Positions 27,484-35,986 of a stretch of 64,000 nucleotides of DNA are shown here, piece by piece. Positions within the stretch are counted from its first letter, which is position 1. Every line of letters starts with the position of its first letter. The position numbers and the translations under genes were made by a program. Source of the stretch: Halobacteriovoraceae bacterium (GTDB lineage Bacteria; Bdellovibrionota; Bacteriovoracia; Bacteriovoracales; Bacteriovoracaceae); assembly GCA_963719505.1 (NCBI GenBank), contig CAVRCF010000005.1:640001-704000 (forward strand), given 5' to 3'. A model generated the notes under the pieces. That model did no database searches. It saw nothing but the letters and a program-made list of their open reading frames with translations, and was not told where the DNA came from.

Positions 27484-27510
27484 TTATCGGAAAAACAAGA
27501 AAAAACTTTA
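27484..27510 (-). promoter_or_regulatory. sigma28-type promoter of the cupredoxin-cpaF-repeat protein operon
   Basis: Minus strand TAAA-N15-TCCGATAA, a near-perfect consensus 38 bp upstream of the ATG. Confidence 0.75.
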
Positions 27511-27837
27511 ATCTAGAGTAAACTGATCCTCTATTTTATAAACTTCAAAAGCTATTTCCTCGTAAGGGTGTGAATTCTTTAAGGCAGCGAGAGCACCTTG
27601 CATTTGGTTTTCTAAAACTAATATTTCCACCTTAAGCTCTTGCACTGTTTCTAATTTATCCTGACTACCTATAGCAGGAGAAGAGCCATGCAAGGGTTTA
27701 AACTGACCCATTCCCAATGTTTCGAAAGAGCAATGAGAGTAGTTTCCAATACACCCCGCCCCTGTTGCAAAAATAGTTTTCTTTACTAAATTGGCCGATT
27801 CTTTTGGTACGAAAAAGATAAGTTTATATTTCTTCAT
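27508..27837 (-). CDS. Stand-alone NIF3/YqfO-type PII-like domain protein
   Basis: YKLIFFVP..GAGCIGNYSHCSF..GQFKP..HPYEEIAFEV. Confidence 0.85.
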   Translation of the reverse strand: MKKYKLIFFVPKESANLVKKTIFATGAGCIGNYSHCSFETLGMGQFKPLHGSSPAIGSQDKLETVQELKVEILVLENQMQGALAALKNSHPYEEIAFEVYKIEDQFTLD

Positions 27838-27969
27838 GGCATATTTTCCTTTTACATATAGCTGTCAGTTCAAACAACTTCTTACAGATGTTAAATTTAT
27901 TTTACAACGAATAGTTTATTTCTTTAAATATAAGGACTGAAGAAATTTAAAATATTCACGGAGGAATAT

Positions 27970-28851
27970 ATGTTCAAAAAAATTATGCTCACGACGGCAA
28001 TCTCAAGTATCCTAGCAGTTCCTGCATTCACATGTACAATCGATGGTAAAGAAGGTCTCCTTCCAGAAAACAACGAATGGATCAGCACAGATGCAAAATC
28101 AATGGTTAATTCAAATCTAGATGAAGTAAAATTTAACGAAGTTATCGACAGTGTTCTTGCTGTTTATGACCCTATCGTTTCTTCAATGGGCGGAAAGCTT
28201 AAAGTTGAAAGAAACTGGGAAGACGGTACTGTCAATGCATACGCAAGTAGACGTGGCGGAACTTGGAATGTGGCAATGTTTGGAGGTCTAGCAAGACACC
28301 AAGCAATTACACCTGATGGTTTTGCACTTGTTGTCTGTCATGAATTAGGTCACCACATCGGTGGAGCACCTAAAAAGAAAAGCTGGATGTCTTCATGGGC
28401 TTCAAACGAAGGTCAGTCTGACTATTTCGCAACATTAAAATGTCTAAGAAAAACTTTTAGAAATGATAACAATATTGAGATCATGGCAAAAGTTCAGGTT
28501 CCAGCAGCAGTTGTTTCAACTTGTGCGACTCAGTTTAACAATGCTGACGACCAAGCTCTTTGTCAAAGAGGTGCAATGGCTGGAATGAGTACAGCAAGAC
28601 TTTTCCAAGAATTAAGAAAGCAACCTGAATCTCCAAAGTTTACAACACCTGACTCAAAGGTTGTTTCAAAAACTGACGATGCTCACCCAGGAACTCAATG
28701 TAGACTAGATACATATTTCGCTGGTGCGATTTGTGCTGAATTAGATGCTGATGATGTTCACCAAAGTAACGAAGACGAAGGTGTTTGTTATAGAGCAAAT
28801 GGTGACAAAACTGGTGTTAGACCACTATGTTGGTTTGCTGCTAAAAAGTAA
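27970..28851 (+). CDS. Secreted zinc metallopeptidase (HEXXH, M48-like)
   Basis: Signal peptide, VNAYA, CHELGHH, NEGQSDYF and HP...CRL; GGAGG RBS. Confidence 0.8.
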   Translation: MFKKIMLTTAISSILAVPAFTCTIDGKEGLLPENNEWISTDAKSMVNSNLDEVKFNEVIDSVLAVYDPIVSSMGGKLKVERNWEDGTVNAYASRRGGTWNVAMFGGLARHQAITPDGFALVVCHELGHHIGGAPKKKSWMSSWASNEGQSDYFATLKCLRKTFRNDNNIEIMAKVQVPAAVVSTCATQFNNADDQALCQRGAMAGMSTARLFQELRKQPESPKFTTPDSKVVSKTDDAHPGTQCRLDTYFAGAICAELDADDVHQSNEDEGVCYRANGDKTGVRPLCWFAAKK

Positions 28852-28885
28852 TTAAAAGATCAATGATAAATGAGAAAGGGAGTCA

Positions 28886-30181
28886 TCAGACTCCCTTTTT
28901 TATTTTATTTATATGAGAAACAATATTGGCCCGAGCGTACTTTAAAATTTTCTCAGGGATATCAAAATAAATAGACTTTAACATCTCTTCGATATTCATT
29001 CCTTTATCGAGCATCTCTCTAATTTGCTCCTCTCTAAATTTTCTATGTTCTAAGGTTTTCTTTAAGATCTCTGTTCCACCTAAAGCGATTCCATGGCTAG
29101 GAATAACACATTTTGGATCGAGCTCAATAACCTTTTGAAGAGTATTAAAATACTTTGTCATATCCCCTTCATCACCACCGACGACAACAGTTCCAATTCC
29201 CTGAAAAAGGTCTCCGGCCAAAAACCATTTCTTTGATCGAGGCATAATTGCAAGTTGACCTTCATCATGGCCTGGAACTTCAACGACAATGACTTCCTCA
29301 TCAAGCCAAGAACATAAAACATCACCTTCTTTAAGAAAATGGACAGTAATTCCTTCAAAGTACTCAGCATTTATTTTTGTAATCCGATTAAAAGTATCCT
29401 CAGACAAATGAATATCTAAATTAAATTTTCTCGCTATTAATGGAGCATACTTGTGGTGGTCTCCGTGATGGTGGGTAATCATTATTTTTTCAATCGTATA
29501 GTCTTTAATAGTGTAAAGAAATTTATCCAACTCCTCCTCGCTCATAGGACTTGGATCAACTAGAACTTTTTTCTCATTTCCAATTAAAAAAGCATTAGTT
29601 CTATCGGCAGGAGGAACAGTAAGAGATCTTGGCATCACTTGAATAAAATTGCGAATGGGTTCAATCCAAGGCACTTCCACATCAAAATTATAACGATCTT
29701 CAAAGGAGAGCTCCCCTTCAAAGTCTAAATCTTTATCAAGATGTTCAATAAAATATCTTACCGGTGGGACCATCAGTCTCTCACCTCTATCAAAAGACTC
29801 AAGAAGCTCAGCGGGTCTCAACCACTGAAAACTTTTTGCTTCATTGGTATCAACTTTAAAACTAGGAGAAACTTTTAATTTGATTCTATAAAAATGGGTA
29901 TTGAATCTGAGTGGATTGAATTTAGGAGATAAAGCCCTTCCGATATAATCGATTCTAGAGACGTCATCACAAAGTATATCAAAATCCAGCTCTTCCAAAG
30001 CCTCTCGTCTTGCAGCTTCAATGAGAAAGTCTTTGGCCTCTCGATCGCTTAGATCAACCTTTCCCCCAGGAAATGCTGTATAACCGGGGAAAGCTCGCAG
30101 AAAATTTTGTCGAACAATCGCAAAGACTTTGTCTTCGAAGATAAATATAAGGGAAACGGCATCTCTAACGGTATTTTTCAT
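28886..30181 (-). CDS. NUDIX hydrolase fused to a metallo-beta-lactamase-fold (LACTB2-like) domain
   Basis: FPGGKVD..AARREALEEL Nudix box, plus THHHGDH, PGHDEG, AGD and PSHG MBL motifs. Confidence 0.88.
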   Translation of the reverse strand: MKNTVRDAVSLIFIFEDKVFAIVRQNFLRAFPGYTAFPGGKVDLSDREAKDFLIEAARREALEELDFDILCDDVSRIDYIGRALSPKFNPLRFNTHFYRIKLKVSPSFKVDTNEAKSFQWLRPAELLESFDRGERLMVPPVRYFIEHLDKDLDFEGELSFEDRYNFDVEVPWIEPIRNFIQVMPRSLTVPPADRTNAFLIGNEKKVLVDPSPMSEEELDKFLYTIKDYTIEKIMITHHHGDHHKYAPLIARKFNLDIHLSEDTFNRITKINAEYFEGITVHFLKEGDVLCSWLDEEVIVVEVPGHDEGQLAIMPRSKKWFLAGDLFQGIGTVVVGGDEGDMTKYFNTLQKVIELDPKCVIPSHGIALGGTEILKKTLEHRKFREEQIREMLDKGMNIEEMLKSIYFDIPEKILKYARANIVSHINKIKKGV

Positions 30182-30195
30182 CTATGCACTATAAC

Positions 30196-31503
30196 CTATT
30201 TTTTACAAGAATAGTACGAGTGTAAGCTTGGATAACTTTGAGATATGAAGCCACATCTTTGACTTTGGCTTAGACCAACACTTGATTCAGCTTTTGTAAA
30301 TCCCATCAAAAAGAGCTCCTCTAAGGCATCTTCTAAGCTCATTTTCTTTAATTCAAAATATCTTGAATTAATCTGTTGTAAGTAAGTGTATATGAAATCA
30401 AGTTTATCTTTGGTGTCTAATTTACCTTCATCCAAAACTCGAAAAAACGCATTGGCCATAACGGCACCTATTGTATGAGTATCTTGGAAATTGACACTCT
30501 TTAAGCAGTCAATCGCACCAATTTTTCTACTGCTGAAAAATTCTCCAAGAGAATGAGAATTTAAAATCTTAGGCTCTCCATTAGCAAATTCATTTTCGCT
30601 GACATCACGATTTTTCTCTAAGCACGTCAAACCTTTCATGACTATTTTCTCATCTATAACAAATCGAGCAAAAAGATCTGCTAAACCTTCATTTAGTGAC
30701 TTCATAATATCGACAAATTCAACCTGTCTCACATTACTAGCGCCATCATAATGACTATCAAAGCACACCCTAGCTGAGTGACTGATTTGTTCATCTTGTA
30801 AGAAATTTGTCATAAAGTGAGAAAAAATATGATGGCCATACTCATGGGCCCCAACAAAAGGTATCTCCCACATTGGTATTCCAGAAAAGGGTGTAAGCCC
30901 ATAATCTGGGGTCCCCTGTGGCACGAAGATAATTTCTCTATCTTTTGAACTATAAAATGCGTTATTAATGAGTTGTTTCTCTTCTCTAACGAGGACACCA
31001 CTTTCAGATCTCTCATATATATTTCGAACTTTCGTAGAGACTCTCACTCTTACTTTTGAAATTGCTGTAGGAAGGAGATGCTTTATCTGATCAATTTTTG
31101 AAAAGCTGTAAAGAGCACTGGCCGCGGCACCTTGGTAAGATTTACTTTTTGTATAGTCATGACCACCACAAGGCTTAAAACTTCTGCCCAGTAAACTCAA
31201 AGGTGATCGATGCCTAAAACCGATGGCACTTTTAAAGACTTCTTTTTCTCCGCCTAAATGAATAGAGCTTATTAAGGAATTAATTGGGGAGATCTTTTGA
31301 TCTCGCAGTTTATAGTCGTTATAGATATTTGCTTTAAAAACTTTTTCTAGATCACAATCCTTAGGAGTTTTTTCCTGAAGAAGTGGTGTGGGTGTTCCAT
31401 CTGAAATGTCCACAACTTCAACTTCCATATCTTTTGTATTACGTACACTCACACCGCAAGAGCTCACTAAAAGAATTAGAGACAAAAAGATACATTTAAA
31501 CAT
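30196..31503 (-). CDS. Lipoprotein zinc metallopeptidase (gluzincin, M4/M36-like; start set at MFKC)
   Basis: Lipobox VSS-C, NNAFY, HEYGH and LNEGLADLF. Confidence 0.78.
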   Translation of the reverse strand: MFKCIFLSLILLVSSCGVSVRNTKDMEVEVVDISDGTPTPLLQEKTPKDCDLEKVFKANIYNDYKLRDQKISPINSLISSIHLGGEKEVFKSAIGFRHRSPLSLLGRSFKPCGGHDYTKSKSYQGAAASALYSFSKIDQIKHLLPTAISKVRVRVSTKVRNIYERSESGVLVREEKQLINNAFYSSKDREIIFVPQGTPDYGLTPFSGIPMWEIPFVGAHEYGHHIFSHFMTNFLQDEQISHSARVCFDSHYDGASNVRQVEFVDIMKSLNEGLADLFARFVIDEKIVMKGLTCLEKNRDVSENEFANGEPKILNSHSLGEFFSSRKIGAIDCLKSVNFQDTHTIGAVMANAFFRVLDEGKLDTKDKLDFIYTYLQQINSRYFELKKMSLEDALEELFLMGFTKAESSVGLSQSQRCGFISQSYPSLHSYYSCKK

Positions 31504-31563
31504 AAGAAATCTTACCAAACCCTTGATAAGACAGTGAAATTTTTGATGGTTTTGTAACAATTA

Positions 31564-31617
31564 CATAAAAAAGCCCCGACATTGTCGAGGCCTTCAAGCT
31601 TTTTAAATGTTTTTTTA
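31564..31617 (-). terminator. Flagellin 3' UTR with intrinsic terminator (copy A)
   Basis: GGCCTCGACAATGTCGGGGCTTTTTT on the minus strand, near-identical to 33426-33480. Confidence 0.8.
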
Positions 31618-32450
31618 TTAGCCAATTAGTCTTAATGCATTTTGACCTTGAGCATTTGCTTGAGCAAGCACTGAAGTACCAGCTTGATTAAGAATGTTGT
31701 TAGTCGCGTTTTCAGCAGATACTTTAGCGTAGTCTACGTCTCTGATTCGAGAGTTAGCTGCACTTAAGTTTTCAGTTGAAGTCTGTAGGTTGTTACTTGT
31801 AGAAATCAATCTGTTTTGTATTGCACCTAAGTTTGCTCGTTGACCAGAAACGTTTTCAATTGCTGCATCTAGTACCGCAAGAGACTCTTGAGCACCTTCT
31901 TTAGAGCTAACGTCTATTCAGTCAATTCCTAATGCTTCCATTGAAGAATTTGTTTTTTGAGCATCGAAAGAGATTCTATCTTGAAAATCATCATTGTTGA
32001 TACCAATTTGAAAGTCTAGTTTTCCACCTTCCATCGAGAAGTTTTGTTCCGTTAAACTCAGTAACTTGAGAGATTCTTTCAATCTCTTGTTTTAAGTTTT
32101 GATATTCCATATTTGTAAACGCTCTTTCCGTATCACCGACAGTATCTGAAGCTGATTGGATTGAAAGTTCTCTAAGTCTTGTAAGCATTGAAGATACTTC
32201 ATTCAAACCACCTTCGGCTGTTTGAATAAGAGAGATACCATCATTAGCGTTTCTGTTTGCTTGTTTAGTTGATCTGATTTGTGCTTTTAATTTTTCACTG
32301 ATTGCTAGACCAGCAGCATCGTCAGACGACTTTTGTAATTCGTGTTCCACTGGACATTTTTGCTAGTGTACTTTCTGTTTGTGCATTACTTTTTGAAAGT
32401 GATCTTTGTGCTGCAATAGACGAAACGTTTGTGTTAATACGGAAACCCAT
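31618..32450 (-). pseudogene. fliC: Flagellin copy A, disrupted in this sequence (+1 near 32333, -2 near 32030, in-frame TGA at 31918-31920)
   Basis: Aligns end to end with the intact flagellin at 33481-34314 (833 vs 834 bp). GGAGG RBS, MGFRINTNVSSIAAQR start and NALRLIG end. Confidence 0.85.
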
Positions 32451-32576
32451 ATTACCTCCATGTTTAAATCGTTCTTTCACTCCTTGAACTCTTCCTCAAA
32501 CCATAAGGGAGATGAGCATTCTGCTCGGAATAGGTTGTTAATGTCTTAGCCTGTGCGTTAATGCCAGGTTATATTC

Positions 32577-32602
32577 TTTTCGGATTAAAGGAGATTTACT
32601 TA
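32577..32602 (-). promoter_or_regulatory. sigma28-type promoter of flagellin A
   Basis: TAAG-N14-TCCGAAAA (or TTAA-N15) upstream of a flagellin gene. Confidence 0.55.
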
Positions 32603-32733
32603 ATACTAAAGAGGCAATTAATTCCTTTTTTTTCTTAAATTATTTTAATTCTCGTTATTCTCGTCACTTAGCTTCAACTATTAATAAAAATTTACTAGGA
32701 AATCCACTTATAAGGGTTTAGGATGGTTAAACT

Positions 32734-33417
32734 ATGAAGATATTCTTAATTCTCTTCATTCTCTCCTCGACCGTGACTGCAGAAACCCTCTCAATATGTC
32801 TAGAAACCAAGAGTGCTCCAATATCGGAGATCGATGGGATTCTATTTCCAAAAATCTATCAAGGACTTGTTAGATATGACTCTACCAAAAAGAAGTATTT
32901 TCCTGTTCTTATTGAAGAGATAAGTATGACAAGTTCTAAGATTGTTCACATTAAAATCAAAAAAGATATTTCATTTCATTCCAATAAATACTTTACTCCG
33001 ACGAGGTCTTTAACAACAGATGATATAATTTTCAGTTTAAACAATGCTCCAAAGGAAAAAAATTATTTTATTAAAAACATTGAATCCATTAACAAGGTCA
33101 ATGACAGGATACTGACAATCATAGGAAAGGATTCATTTCAAAATGTATACGCTGGTTTAAGTGAAGCCTCAGCAAGTATAAGATCACAGGAATATTATCA
33201 ATTTTCAAAAAAAATGCCCGATAAAAACCTTTATACACTCTACCCTATAGGAACAGGCCCGTACAAATTTTCAGGTGCAACAAAAGACTCAGTCAATTTT
33301 GTCCCTTTTAAAAACTATAGATCGAAAACAGCACTTGTTAAAAAAATCTCTTATCAATTTTTAGAATCGAAAGAGAGAAAAAGCTGTAATATCAACAAAG
33401 TTATAGCGGCTGAATAA
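32734..33417 (+). CDS. Truncated family-5 (DppA/OppA-like) solute-binding protein
   Basis: IYQGLVRYD, SFHSNKYFTPTRSLTTDDIIFSL and PIGTGPYKF motifs, but only 227 aa. Confidence 0.7.
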   Translation: MKIFLILFILSSTVTAETLSICLETKSAPISEIDGILFPKIYQGLVRYDSTKKKYFPVLIEEISMTSSKIVHIKIKKDISFHSNKYFTPTRSLTTDDIIFSLNNAPKEKNYFIKNIESINKVNDRILTIIGKDSFQNVYAGLSEASASIRSQEYYQFSKKMPDKNLYTLYPIGTGPYKFSGATKDSVNFVPFKNYRSKTALVKKISYQFLESKERKSCNINKVIAAE

Positions 33418-33425
33418 CTTCTTCT

Positions 33426-33480
33426 CATAAAAAAGCCCCGACATTGTCGAGGCCTTCAAGCTTTTTAAATGTTCTTTTTA
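33426..33480 (-). terminator. Flagellin 3' UTR with intrinsic terminator (copy B)
   Basis: Same hairpin and T-tract as 31564-31617. Confidence 0.8.
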
Positions 33481-34314
33481 TTAGCCAATTAGTCTTAATG
33501 CGTTTTGACCTTGAGCATTTGCCTGAGCAAGCACTGAAGTCCCAGCTTGATTAAGAATATTGTTTTTAGCGTTTTCAGCTGAAGCTTTAGCGTAGTCTAC
33601 GTCTCTGATTCGAGAGTTTGCTGCACTTAAGTTTTCATTTGAAGTCTGAAGGTTGTTAGATGTACTAATCAATCTATTTTGTAGTGCACCTAAGTTTGCT
33701 CTTTGACCTGAAACGTTTTCAATTGCTGAATCTAGTACCGCAAGAGACTCTTGAGCACCTTCTTTAGAGCTAACGCCTATTCCGTCAATCCCTAATCCTG
33801 CCATTGAAGAATTTGTTTTTTGAGCATCGAATGAGATTCTATCTTGAAAATCATCATTGTTGATACCAATTTGAAAGTCTAGTTTATCCCCACTTCCATC
33901 GAGAAGCTTTGTTCCGTTGTACTCAGTAACTTGTGAGATCCTCTCAATTTCTTGTTTTAAGTTTTGATATTCCATATCAGTAAACCCTCTTTCCGTATCA
34001 CCGACAGTATCTGAAGCTGATTGGATTGAAAGTTCACGAAGACGAGTAAGCATTGAAGATACTTCATCCAAACCACCTTCGGCTGTTTGAATAAGAGAGA
34101 TACCATCATTCGCGTTTCTGTCTGCTTGTTGAGTTGATCTCATATTTGCTTTTAATTTTTCACTGATTGCTAGTCCTGCAGCATCGTCTGCCGCTTTTGT
34201 AATTCGCGTTCCACTGGACAGTTTCGCTAACGTATTTTCCGTTTGAGCATTACTTTTTGAAAGTGAACGTTGAGCTGCAATAGATGAGATGTTTGTGTTG
34301 ATACGGAAACCCAT
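33481..34314 (-). CDS. fliC: Flagellin (277 aa, D0/D1 only)
   Basis: RINTN, LSSGTRI..AADDAAGLAIS, NANDGIS.IQTAEG, RANLGALQNRL and SRIRDVDYA motifs. Confidence 0.97.
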   Translation of the reverse strand: MGFRINTNISSIAAQRSLSKSNAQTENTLAKLSSGTRITKAADDAAGLAISEKLKANMRSTQQADRNANDGISLIQTAEGGLDEVSSMLTRLRELSIQSASDTVGDTERGFTDMEYQNLKQEIERISQVTEYNGTKLLDGSGDKLDFQIGINNDDFQDRISFDAQKTNSSMAGLGIDGIGVSSKEGAQESLAVLDSAIENVSGQRANLGALQNRLISTSNNLQTSNENLSAANSRIRDVDYAKASAENAKNNILNQAGTSVLAQANAQGQNALRLIG

Positions 34315-34440
34315 ATTAAATTCCTCCTTGGAACGGTAAAAGTATCATCCGGGATACTCAACTTGCTCGGCGTGAGAAATTGATAAGCTTCCTGCTCTAG
34401 TATAAATTTTGTTGTGCCATAAGTGGCGCAGACAAGTACC

Positions 34441-34467
34441 ATTTCGACAGGCTTCCAATTAACTTTA
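34441..34467 (-). promoter_or_regulatory. sigma28-type promoter of flagellin B
   Basis: TAAA-N15-GTCGAAAT, at nearly the same distance from the ATG as the copy A promoter. Confidence 0.6.
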
Positions 34468-34581
34468 CAATTAATTTTAACTTTCTTTTTTAATTGATAG
34501 GAATATTTTGCCGGTGCCGTATAATTGCAGCCACTTTGACCCTAGGGCAATCCTAACCTCATAAAATTTAGTAAAAATGAA

Positions 34582-34597
34582 TGGTATACCTATTGCA
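34582..34597 (+). promoter_or_regulatory. sigma54-type -24/-12 promoter of the subtilase gene
   Basis: TGGTAT-ACCTA-TTGCA (GG-N10-GC), 45 bp upstream of the ATG. Confidence 0.6.
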
Positions 34598-34642
34598 ACA
34601 TATCTCGTGAAGACTTAGGAATAGTCTTCGAAGGATGGATAG

Positions 34643-35986
34643 ATGAAAAGGATTTCATTACTATGCATGCTCATTGTTTTGAGTTCATGTGGTAAAAGTG
34701 TTTCTGAGATTTTCTCAGCCCCTAAGACTCAAGACTCAGCTGGGCTTATTGCCAGTTGTAGCACCAAAGCTCAAGCAAAGTCCCTGTCAGAGACTCATGG
34801 ACTATCCTACAGAGTGATAAATGAAAAAAGAGGACTCATCGAATACTATGGCATTTCAAAAGATGATCTAAAAGCCCTCATACCAAAAAGTAAGATTACA
34901 GATAATATCGTTTATGAAAGACAGCTTATCAGTAGTGAAACAACAACGGCTCTCAATATTGGCGACGATCAATACTATGGCTCACACACTCCTCAGTATA
35001 GAAACTCATCATCAGGGCGATACTTCCCTCATCTTCAACAAGTTAATGGATTAACGCTTTCAGGAAACCAAGGCGCAGGAGTAACAATTGCCATTATCGA
35101 TACAGGTGTTTACTACAACCACCCTCACCTCTCACCGAATATCGCCACTAATGAAGCTGACAGACATGGAAATCAGGGAAACTCTCAAGATGACGATGCC
35201 AATGGATATGCTGATGACTATGTCGGCTGGGACTTTTACAATGGGGATGCTTTTCCTATTGATGACAATGGTCATGGAACCCACGTCGCCGGTTTAGCGG
35301 CTGGAACTTTTGGTGGAATAGCTCCAAAGGCCAAAATTTTACCCGTTAAAGTCCTCTCAGGTGGTGGTCGAGGTGATCTGGCCACTATTGCAGCAGGAAT
35401 CCTCTACGCCCTCGATATGGGCGCTGATATCATCAACCTATCTCTGGGTGGCCCTGGAGCAGGAAGTGCAGGAAGTGACCTACAAAGCCTCCTAAGCTCC
35501 GTTAGTATGGCCCGTGACAATGGTGCCTTAATCATTGCCGCTGCTGGAAACGGAGGAGATGATGGTCTGGGAGACTGTAATGATCAGACCCCAATCTATC
35601 CAGCTAATCTTGATTCGGACAATATTCTTTCGGTTGCTAGTGTTGATGAAAATAATGTCATTGCAAATTATTCGAATTTTGGAAGAGAGACTGTTGATGT
35701 CGCTGCCCCAGGTGGATCTTCAACAAATGGCGGGCTCCTCTCAACGGGAATCCCGTTTTGTAATGGACCTTGTGATCAAAATGCACAAACGTATGCAAAC
35801 TCAACAGGGACAAGTATGGCCACCCCAATAGTATCCGGACTTGCTGCTTTAATTAAAAGCGATAATCCAAATTTTGATCATATAGATATAAAGAATATCA
35901 TTACCACAAGAGGGACCACCTTTAATGACCTTGGTCAGTATGTTAAAAGTGGTCAAGTAATCAATGTGGCAAACTCTTTAAACTAG
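34643..35986 (+). CDS. S8 subtilisin-like serine protease, lipoprotein
   Basis: Lipobox LSS-C, IAIIDTG, GHGTHVAG, AAAGN and GTSMATP. Confidence 0.95.
   Translation: MKRISLLCMLIVLSSCGKSVSEIFSAPKTQDSAGLIASCSTKAQAKSLSETHGLSYRVINEKRGLIEYYGISKDDLKALIPKSKITDNIVYERQLISSETTTALNIGDDQYYGSHTPQYRNSSSGRYFPHLQQVNGLTLSGNQGAGVTIAIIDTGVYYNHPHLSPNIATNEADRHGNQGNSQDDDANGYADDYVGWDFYNGDAFPIDDNGHGTHVAGLAAGTFGGIAPKAKILPVKVLSGGGRGDLATIAAGILYALDMGADIINLSLGGPGAGSAGSDLQSLLSSVSMARDNGALIIAAAGNGGDDGLGDCNDQTPIYPANLDSDNILSVASVDENNVIANYSNFGRETVDVAAPGGSSTNGGLLSTGIPFCNGPCDQNAQTYANSTGTSMATPIVSGLAALIKSDNPNFDHIDIKNIITTRGTTFNDLGQYVKSGQVINVANSLN

Noticed and set aside
31918-31920. In-frame TGA in flagellin A (GGA in copy B) as stop-codon reassignment or selenocysteine
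   Set aside because: TGA ends several intact genes in this window (e.g. the cupredoxin, trmB-like and NUDIX-MBL genes), and the same copy also has indels.
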